Positions 54,101-64,000 of a DNA stretch of 64,000 nucleotides are shown in pieces. The position numbers and the translations under genes are program-made. The number at the start of each line of letters is the position of its first letter. Within the stretch, counting starts at the first letter, position 1. A model generated the notes under the pieces. The model was not told the DNA's origin and ran no database searches. It saw only the letters and a program-made list of their open reading frames with translations. Source of the DNA: the human T2T-CHM13v2.0 reference genome, Homo sapiens; the NCBI RefSeq assembly GCF_009914755.1, contig NC_060937.1; one strand, given 5' to 3'.

Positions 54101-57100
54101 AAAAAGAGTGTTTCAAACCTGCTCTATGAAAGGCCATGTTCATCTCTATGAGTCGAATGGAAATATCCGAAAGAAATTTCTGGGAATGCTGCTGTCTAGT
54201 TTTTATACGAATTCCCGCTTCCAACGAAATCCTCAAAGCAATCCAAATATCCACTTGCAGAATCCACAAAAAGAGTGTTTCAAAACTGCTCTATCAATAG
54301 AAAGGTTCAACTCTTTTAGTTGAGTACACACATCACAAACAAGTTTCTGAGAATGCTTCTGTCTGGCTTTTATTGGAAGACGTTTCCTTTTCACCAAAGG
54401 CATCAAAGCGCTCCAAATGTCCACTTCCAGATTCTTCCAAAAGAGTGTTTGAAACGTGCTCAAAGTAAGGGAATGTTCAACTCTGTGACTTGAATGCAGA
54501 TATCACCAAGTAGTTTCTAATAGTGCTTCTGTCTAGATTTTAGATGATGATATTCCCGTTTCCAACGAAATCGTTAGAGCTATCCAAATATCCACTTACA
54601 GTTGCTACAAAAACAGTGTTTCCAAACTGCTGCATCAAAAGAAAGGTTCAACTCTGTTAGTTGAGGACACACGTCACAAAGAAGTTTGTGAGAATGCTTC
54701 TGTCTAGATTTTGTATGACGATATTCCCTTTTCCAACGATATCATTAAAGCAATCTAAATATCCATTTGCAGAATCCACAAAAATAGAGTTTCAAAGCTG
54801 CTCTGTAAAAAGAAAGGTTCCACTCTGTTAGCTGAGTACACACATCACAAACTTGTTTCTCAGAATCCTTCTGTCTCGTTTTTATGGGAAGATATTTACT
54901 TTTTCACCGTAGGCATCAAAGCGCTCCAAATGTCCACATCCAGATACTCCAGAAAGAGTGTTTCAAACCTGCTCTATGAAAGGGAATCTTCAACTCTATG
55001 AGTTGAATGCAGACATCAGAAAGAAATTTCTGAGAATGCTGCTGTCTACCTTTTATTTGAATTCCCGCTTCCAACGAAATCCTCCAAGCTATCCAAATAT
55101 CCACTTGCAGATTCCACAAAAAGAGTGTTTCAAAACTGCTCTCTATCAATGGCAAAGTTCAACTCTGTTAGTTGAGGACACATATCACCAACAAGTTTCT
55201 GAGAATGCTTCTGTCTATTTTTTATGGGAAGATATTTCCTTTTTCACCGTAGGCGTCAAGGCGATCGAAATGTCCACTTCCACAAACTACAAAAAGAGTG
55301 TTTCAAACCTGCTCTATGAAAGGCCATGTTCATCTCTATGAGTCGAATGGAAATACCCGAAAGAAATTTCTGGGAATGCTGCTGTCTAGTTTTTATACGA
55401 ATTCCCGCTTCCAACGAAATCCTCAAAGCAATCCAAATATCCACTTGCAGAATCCACAAAAAGAGTGTTTCAAAACTGCTCTATCAATAGAAAGGTTCAA
55501 CTCTTTTAGTTGAGTACACACATCACAAACAAGTTTCTGAGAATGCTTCTGTCTGGCTTTTATTGGAAGACGTTTCCTTTTCACCAAAGGCATCAAAGCG
55601 CTCCAAATGTCCACTTCCAGATTCTTCCAAAAGAGTGTTTGAAACGTGCTCAAAGTAAGGGAATGTTCAACTCTGTGACTTGAATGCAGATATCACCAAG
55701 TAGTTTCTAATAGTGCTTCTGTCTAGATTTTAGATGATGATATTCCCGTTTCCAACGAAATCGTTAGAGCTATCCAAATATCCACTTACAGTTGCTACAA
55801 AAACAGTGTTTCCAAACTGCTGCATCAAAAGAAAGGTTCAACTCTGTTAGTTGAGGACACACGTCACAAAGAAGTTTGTGAGAATGCTTCTGTCTAGATT
55901 TTGTATGACGATATTCCCTTTTCCAACGATATCGTTAAAGCAATCTAAATATCCATTTGCAGAATCCACAAAAATAGAGTTTCAAAGCTGCTCTGTAAAA
56001 AGAAAGGTTCCACTCTGTTAGCTGAGTACACACATCACAAACTTGTTTCTGAGAATCCTTCTGTCTCGTTTTTCTGGGAAGATATTTACTTTTTCACCGT
56101 AGGCATCAAAGCGCTCCAAATGTCCACATCCAGATACTCCAGAAAGAGTGTTTCAAACCTGCTCTATGAAAGGGAATCTTCAACTCTATGAGTTGAATGC
56201 AGACATCAGAAAGAAATTTCTGAGAATGCTGCTGTCTACCTTTTATTTGAATTCCCGCTTCCAACGAAATCCTCCAAGCTATCCAAATATCCACTTGCAG
56301 ATTCCACAAAAAGAGTGTTTCAAAACTGCTCTCTATCAATGGCAAAGTTCAACTCTGTTAGTTGAGGACACATATCACCAACAAGTTTCTGAGAATGCTT
56401 CTGTCTATTTTTTATGGGAAGATATTTCCTTTTTCACCGTAGGCGTCAAGGCGATCGAAATGTCCACTTCCACAAACTACAAAAAGAGTGTTTCAAACCT
56501 GCTCTATGAAAGGCCATGTTCATCTCTATGAGTCGAATGGAAATATCCGAAAGAAATTTCTGGGAATGCTGCTGTCTAGTTTTTATACGAATTCCCGCTT
56601 CCAACGAAATCCTCAAAGCAATCCAAATATCCACTTGCAGAATCCACAAAAAGAGTGTTTCAAAACTGCTCTATCAATAGAAAGGTTCAACTCTTTTAGT
56701 TGAGTACACACATCACAAACAAGTTTCTGAGAATGCTTCTGTCTGGCTTTTATTGGAAGACGTTTCCTTTTCACCAAAGGCATCAAAGCGCTCCAAATGT
56801 CCACTTCCAGATTCTTCCAAAAGAGTGTTTGAAACGTGCTCAAAGTAAGGGAATGTTCAACTCTGTGACTTGAATGCAGATATCACCAAGTAGTTTCTAA
56901 TAGTGCTTCTGTCTAGATTTTAGATGATGATATTCCCGTTTCCAACGAAATCGTTAGAGCTATCCAAATATCCACTTACAGTTGCTACAAAAACAGTGTT
57001 TCCAAACTGCTGCATCAAAAGAAAGGTTCAACTCTGTTAGTTGAGGACACACGTCACAAAGAAGTTTGTGAGAATGCTTCTGTCTAGATTTTGTATGACG

Positions 57101-57521
57101 ATATTCCCTTTTCCAACGATATCGTTAAAGCAATCTAAATATCCATTTGCAGAATCCACAAAAATAGAGTTTCAAAGCTGCTCTGTAAAAAGAAAGGTTC
57201 CACTCTGTTAGCTGAGTACACACATCACAAACTTGTTTCTCAGAATCCTTCTGTCTCGTTTTTATGGGAAGATATTTACTTTTTCACCGTAGGCATCAAA
57301 GCGCTCCAAATGTCCACATCCAGATACTCCAGAAAGAGTGTTTCAAACCTGCTCTATGAAAGGGAATCTTCAACTCTATGAGTTGAATGCAGACATCAGA
57401 AAGAAATTTCTGAGAATGCTGCTGTCTACCTTTTATTTGAATTCCCGCTTCCAACGAAATCCTCCAAGCTATCCAAATATCCACTTGCAGATTCCACAAA
57501 AAGAGTGTTTCAAAACTGCTC
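49192..57521 (-). repeat. Longest pure 7-mer run (7 x 1190 bp)
   Basis: Seven consecutive 1190-bp anchor spacings. Confidence 0.95.
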
Positions 57522-60500
57522 TCTATCAATGGCAAAGTTCAACTCTGTTAGTTGAGGACACATATCACCAACAAGTTTCTGAGAATGCTTCTGTCTATTT
57601 TTTATGGGAAGATATTTCCTTTTTCACCGTAGGCGTCAAGGCGATCGAAATGTCCACTTCCACAAACTACAAAAAGAGTGTTTCAAACCTGCTCTATGAA
57701 AGGCCATGTTCATCTCTATGAGTCGAATGGAAATATCCGAAAGAAATTTCTGGGAATGCTGCTGTCTAGTTTTTATACGAATTCCCGCTTCCAACGAAAT
57801 CCTCAAAGCAATCCAAATATCCACTTGCAGAATCCACAAAAAGAGTGTTTCAAAACTGCTCTATCAATAGAAAGGTTCAACTCTTTTAGTTGAGTACACA
57901 CATCACAAACAAGTTTCTGAGAATGCTTCTGTCTGGCTTTTATTGGAAGACGTTTCCTTTTCACCAAAGGCATCAAAGCGCTCCAAATGTCCACTTCCAG
58001 ATTCTTCCAAAAGAGTGTTTGAAACGTGCTCAAAGTAAGGGAATGTTCAACTCTGTGACTTGAATGCAGATATCACCAAGTAGTTTCTAATAGTGCTTCT
58101 GTCTAGATTTTAGATGATGATATTCCCGTTTCCAACGAAATCGTTAGAGCTATCCAAATATCCACTTACAGTTTCTACAAAAAGAGTGTTTCCAAACTGC
58201 TGCATCAAAAGAAAGGTTCAACTCTGTTAGTTGAGGACACACATCACAAAGAAGTTTGTGAGAATGCTTCTGTCTAGATTTTGTATGACCATATTCCCTT
58301 TTCCAGCGATATCATTAAAGCAATCTAAATATCCATTTGCAGAATCCACAAAAATAGAGTTTCAAAGCTGCTCTGTAAAAAGAAAGGTTCCACTCTGTTA
58401 GCTGAGTACACACATCACAAACTTGTTTCTCAGAATCCTTCTGTCTCGTTTTTATGGGAAGATATTTACTTTTTCACCGTAGGCATCAAAGCGCTCCAAA
58501 TGTCCACATCCAGATACTCCAGAAAGAGTGTTTCAAACCTGCTCTATGAAAGGGAATCTTCAACTCTATGAGTTGAATGCAGACATCAGAAAGAAATTTC
58601 TGAGAATGCTGCTGTCTACCTTTTATTTGAATTCCCGCTTCCAACGAAATCCTCCAAGCTATCCAAATATCCACCTGCATTTTCCACAAAAAGAGCGTTT
58701 CAAAACTGCTCTATCAATAGAAATGTTCAACTCCTTTGGCTGGGTACACACATCACAAACAAGTTTCTGAGAATGCTTCTGTCTAGTTTTTATGGGAAGA
58801 CATTCCCTTTTTCACCAAAGGCATCAAAGCGCTCCAAATGTCCACTTCCAGACACTACAAAAAGAGTGTTTCCAACGTGCTCTAAGAAAGCGAATGTTCA
58901 ACTCTGTGACTTGAATGCAGATATCACAAAGTAGTTTCTGAGAGGGCTTCTGTCTAGATTTTAGATGATGATATTCCCGTTTCCAACGAAATCATTAGAG
59001 CTATCCAAATATCCACTTACAGTTTCTACAAAAAGAGTGTTTCCAAACTGCTGCATCAAAAGAGAGGTTCCACTCTGTTAGCTGAGTACACACATCACAA
59101 ACTTGTTTCTCAGAATCCTTCTGTCTCGTTTTTCTGGGAAGATATTTACTTTTTCACCGTAGGCATCAAAGCGCTCCAAATGTCCACATCCAGATACTCC
59201 AGAAAGAGTGTTTCAAACCTGCTCTATGAAAGGGAATCTTCAACTCTATGAGTTGAATGCAGACATCAGAAAGAAATTTCTGAGAATGCTGCTGTCTACC
59301 TTTTATTTGAATTCCCGCTTCCAACGAAATCCTCCAAGCTATCCAAATATCCACTTGCAGATTCCACAAAAAGAGTGTTTCAAAACTGCTCTCTATCAAT
59401 GGCAAAGTTCAACTCTGTTAGTTGAGGACACATATCACCAACAAGTTTCTGAGAATGCTTCTGTCTATTTTTTATGGGAAGATATTTCCTTTTTCACCGT
59501 AGGCGTCAAGGCGATCGAAATGTCCACTTCCACAAACTACAAAAAGAGTGTTTCAAACCTGCTCTATGAAAGGCCATGTTCATCTCTATGAGTCGAATGG
59601 AAATATCCGAAAGAAATTTCTGGGAATGCTGCTGTCTAGTTTTTATACGAATTCCCGCTTCCAACGAAATCCTCAAAGCAATCCAAATATCCACTTGCAG
59701 AATCCACAAAAAGAGTGTTTCAAAACTGCTCTATCAATAGAAAGGTTCAACTCTTTTAGTTGAGTACACACATCACAAACAAGTTTCTGAGAATGCTTCT
59801 GTCTGGCTTTTATTGGAAGACGTTTCCTTTTCACCAAAGGCATCAAAGCGCTCCAAATGTCCACTTCCAGATTCTTCCAAAAGAGTGTTTGAAACGTGCT
59901 CAAAGTAAGGGAATGTTCAACTCTGTGACTTGAATGCAGATATCACCAAGTAGTTTCTAATAGTGCTTCTGTCTAGATTTTAGATGATGATATTCCCGTT
60001 TCCAACGAAATCGTTAGAGCTATCCAAATATCCACTTACAGTTGCTACAAAAACAGTGTTTCCAAACTGCTGCATCAAAAGAAAGGTTCAACTCTGTTAG
60101 TTGAGGACACACGTCACAAAGAAGTTTGTGAGAATGCTTCTGTCTAGATTTTGTATGACGATATTCCCTTTTCCAACGATATCATTAAAGCAATCTAAAT
60201 ATCCATTTGCAGAATCCACAAAAATAGAGTTTCAAAGCTGCTCTGTAAAAAGAAAGGTTCCACTCTGTTAGCTGAGTACACACATCACAAACTTGTTTCT
60301 CAGAATCCTTCTGTCTCGTTTTTCTGGGAAGATATTTACTTTTTCACCGTAGGCATCAAAGCGCTCCAAATGTCCACATCCAGATACTCCAGAAAGAGTG
60401 TTTCAAACCTGCTCTATGAAAGGGAATCTTCAACTCTATGAGTTGAATGCAGACATCAGAAAGAAATTTCTGAGAATGCTGCTGTCTACCTTTTATTTGA

Positions 60501-63500
60501 ATTCCCGCTTCCAACGAAATCCTCCAAGCTATCCAAATATCCACTTGCAGATTCCACAAAAAGAGTGTTTCAAAACTGCTCTCTATCAATGGCAAAGTTC
60601 AACTCTGTTAGTTGAGGACACATATCACCAACAAGTTTCTGAGAATGCTTCTGTCTATTTTTTATGGGAAGATATTTCCTTTTTCACCGTAGGCGTCAAG
60701 GCGATCGAAATGTCCACTTCCACAAACTACAAAAAGAGTGTTTCAAACCTGCTCTATGAAAGGCCATGTTCATCTCTATGAGTCGAATGGAAATATCCGA
60801 AAGAAATTTCTGGGAATGCTGCTGTCTAGTTTTTATACGAATTCCCGCTTCCAACGAAATCCTCAAAGCAATCCAAATATCCACTTGCAGAATCCACAAA
60901 AAGAGTGTTTCAAAACTGCTCTATCAATAGAAAGGTTCAACTCTTTTAGTTGAGTACACACATCACAAACAAGTTTCTGAGAATGCTTCTGTCTGGCTTT
61001 TATTGGAAGACGTTTCCTTTTCACCAAAGGCATCAAAGCGCTCCAAATGTCCACTTCCAGATTCTTCCAAAAGAGTGTTTGAAACGTGCTCAAAGTAAGG
61101 GAATGTTCAACTCTGTGACTTGAATGCAGATATCACCAAGTAGTTTCTAATAGTGCTTCTGTCTAGATTTTAGATGATGATATTCCCGTTTCCAACGAAA
61201 TCGTTAGAGCTATCCAAATATCCACTTACAGTTTCTACAAAAAGAGTGTTTCCAAACTGCTGCATCAAAAGAAAGGTTCAACTCTGTTAGTTGAGGACAC
61301 ACATCACAAAGAAGTTTGTGAGAATGCTTCTGTCTAGATTTTGTATGACCATATTCCCTTTTCCAGCGATATCATTAATGCAATCTAAATATCCATTTGC
61401 AGAATCCACAAAAATAGAGTTTCAAAGCTGCTCTGTAAAAAGAAAGGTTCCACTCTGTTAGCTGAGTACACACATCACAAACTTGTTTCTCAGAATCCTT
61501 CTGTCTCGTTTTTATGGGAAGATATTTACTTTTTCACCGTAGGCATCAAAGCGCTCCAAATGTCCACATCCAGATACTCCAGAAAGAGTGTTTCAAACCT
61601 GCTCTATGAAAGGGAATCTTCAACTCTATGAGTTGAATGCAGACATCAGAAAGAAATTTCTGAGAATGCTGCTGTCTACCTTTTATTTGAACTCCCGCTT
61701 CCAACGAAATCCTCCAAGCTATCCAAATATCCACTTGCATTTTCCACAAAAAGAGTGCTTCAAAACTGCTCTATCAATAAATGTTCAACTCCTTTAGCTG
61801 GGTGCACACATCACAAACAAGTTTCTGAGAATGCTTCTGTCTAGTTTTTATGGGAAGACATTCCCTTTTTCACCAAAGGCATCAAAGCGCTCCAAATGTC
61901 CACTTCCAGACACTACAAAAAGAGTGTTTCCAACGTGCTCTAAGAAAGCGAATGTTCAACTCTGTGACTTGAATGCAGATATCACAAAGTAGTTTCTGAG
62001 AGGGCTTCTGTCTAGATTTTAGATGATGATATTCCCGTTTCCAACGAAATCATTAGAGCTATCCAAATATCCACTTACAGTTTCTACAAAAAGAGTGTTT
62101 CCAAACTGCTGCATCAAAAGAGAGGTTCCACTCTGTTAGCTGAGTACACACATCACAAACTTGTTTCTGAGAATCCTTCTGTGTCGTTTTTATGGGAAGA
62201 TATTTACTTTTTCACCGTAGGCATCAAAGCGCTCCAAATGTCCACATCCAGATACTCCAGAAAGAGTGTTTCAAACCTGCTCTATGAAAGGGAATCTTCA
62301 ACTCTATGAGTTGAATGCAGACATCAGAAAGAAATTTCTGAGAATGCTGCTGTCTACCTTTTATTTGAATTCCCGCTTCCAACGAAATCCTCCAAGCTAT
62401 CCAAATATCCACTTGCAGATTCCACAAAAAGAGTGTTTCAAAACTGCTCTCTATCAATGGCAAAGTTCAACTCTGTTAGTTGAGGACACATATCACCAAC
62501 AAGTTTCTGAGAATGCTTCTGTCTATTTTTTATGGGAAGATATTTCCTTTTTCACCGTAGGCGTCAAGGCGATCGAAATGTCCACTTCCACAAACTACAA
62601 AAAGAGTGTTTCAAACCTGCTCTATGAAAGGCCATGTTCATCTCTATGAGTCGAATGGAAATATCCGAAAGAAATTTCTGGGAATGCTGCTGTCTAGTTT
62701 TTATACGAATTCCCGCTTCCAACGAAATCCTCAAAGCAATCCAAATATCCACTTGCAGAATCCACAAAAAGAGTGTTTCAAAACTGCTCTATCAATAGAA
62801 AGGTTCAACTCTTTTAGTTGAGTACACACATCACAAACAAGTTTCTGAGAATGCTTCTGTCTGGCTTTTATTGGAAGACGTTTCCTTTTCACCAAAGGCA
62901 TCAAAGCGCTCCAAATGTCCACTTCCAGATTCTTCCAAAAGAGTGTTTGAAACGTGCTCAAAGTAAGGGAATGTTCAACTCTGTGACTTGAATGCAGATA
63001 TCACCAAGTAGTTTCTAATAGTGCTTCTGTCTAGATTTTAGATGATGATATTCCCGTTTCCAACGAAATCGTTAGAGCTATCCAAATATCCACTTACAGT
63101 TGCTACAAAAAGAGTGTTTCCAAACTGCTGCATCAAAAGAAAGGTTCAACTCTGTTAGTTGAGGACACACATCACAAAGAAGTTTGTGAGAATGCTTCTG
63201 TCTAGATTTTGTATGACCATATTCCCTTTTCCAGCGATATCATTAAAGCAATCTAAATATCCATTTGCAGAATCCACAAAAATAGAGTTTCAAAGCTGCT
63301 CTGTAAAAAGAAAGGTTCCACTCTGTTAGCTGAGTACACACATCACAAACTTGTTTCTGAGAATCCTTCTGTCTCGTTTTTATGGGAAGATATTTACTTT
63401 TTCACCGTAGGCATCAAAGCGCTCCAAATGTCCACATCCAGATACTCCAGAAAGAGTGTTTCAAACCTGCTCTATGAAAGGGAATCTTGAACTCTATGAG

Positions 63501-64000
63501 TTGAATGCAGACATCAGAAAGAAATTTCTGAGAATGCTGCTGTCTACCTTTTATTTGAATTCCCGCTTCCAACGAAATCCTCCAAGCTATCCAAATATCC
63601 ACCTGCATTTTCCACAAAAAGAGCGTTTCAAAACTGCTCTATCAATAGAAATGTTCAACTCCTTTGGCTGGGTACACACATCACAAACAAGTTTCTGAGA
63701 ATGCTTCTGTCTAGTTTTTATGGGAAGACATTCCCTTTTTCACCAAAGGCATCAAAGCGCTCCAAATGTCCACTTCCAGACACTACAAAAAGAGTGTTTC
63801 CAACGTGCTCTAAGAAAGCGAATGTTCAACTCTGTGACTTGAATGCAGATATCACAAAGTAGTTTCTGAGAGGGCTTCTGTCTAGATTTTAGATGATGAT
63901 ATTCCCGTTTCCAACGAAATCATTAGAGCTATCCAAATATCCACTTACAGTTTCTACAAAAAGAGTGTTTCCAAACTGCTGCATCAAAAGAGAGGTTCCA

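Larger units (their letters stand above)
1..64000 (-). repeat. Human centromeric alpha-satellite HOR array, suprachromosomal family 2, probably D13Z1/D21Z1 (S2C13/21H1L)
   Basis: Tandem ~170-bp monomers with alphoid motifs throughout (CATTCTCAGAAAC and GTTGAA on the minus strand). CENP-B-box monomers alternate with pJalpha monomers. Near-identical units of 1190/1868/1870 bp; unit lengths sum exactly to 62449 bp plus a partial unit. The alphoid HOR call is certain; the chr13/21 assignment comes from recalled sequence, not a search. Confidence 0.97.

Noticed and set aside
115-63698. Repeated 60-127 aa ORFs on both strands (MFQTCSMKG..., MWILQVDIW..., MSTFQTLFW...)
   Set aside because: Chance open frames in satellite monomers. 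They overlap on both strands, several use non-ATG starts, they recur with HOR periodicity, indels break them freely, and no domain is recognisable.
1-64000. CRISPR-like repeat/spacer array or other novel programmable system
   Set aside because: There are no unique spacers and no associated genes; all sequence belongs to ~171-bp alphoid monomers.
1-64000. Transposon insertion (L1/Alu), inversion or non-satellite island
   Set aside because: Unit lengths account for every base, orientation is constant, and no poly-A tail, target-site duplication or foreign sequence was seen.
1-64000. Assignment to D8Z2 or D9Z4 (other SF2 arrays with 7- and 11-mer variants)
   Set aside because: The monomer sequence and the 680-bp EcoRI fragment fit my recollection of the chr13/21 alphaRI family better. 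Not formally excluded without alignment to HOR consensus models.

Overview
The whole 64 kb is one uninterrupted, single-orientation array of human alpha-satellite (~171-bp monomers, CENP-B boxes on the minus strand), organised as higher-order repeats (HORs). The dimeric A/B structure, the 11-mer, and a 680-bp EcoRI fragment match my recollection of the chr13/21 live array (D13Z1/D21Z1, SF2). Abundant 7-mers lean toward chr13, but this needs an alignment. Phased at TCTATCAATGGC (position 1), there are 44 complete units plus a partial one: 27 x 1190-bp 7-mers, 2 x 1141-bp 7-mers with a 49-bp deletion, 13 11-mers in two subtypes (1868 and 1870 bp; one copy is 1867), one 2719-bp 16-mer and one 1019-bp 6-mer. 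Order: 7,11A,11B,7,11A,16,7,11A,11A,7,7,11B,7,7,11B,7d,7,7,11B,7d,7,7,7,7,6,7,7,7,7,7,11B,11B,7,11B,7,7,7,7,7,7,7,11B,7,11A,11B(partial). No genes, RNA genes, transposons or CRISPR arrays are supported; the ORF track is repeat-derived noise. I found no new gene system. What is of interest is the record of array turnover: a 5777-bp out-of-register tandem duplication whose 4-bp junction creates the 16-mer, a 6-mer of reciprocal size, a 3060-bp duplication, a copied 49-bp deletion, and SNP haplotypes linked to HOR length. All comparisons were done by eye.
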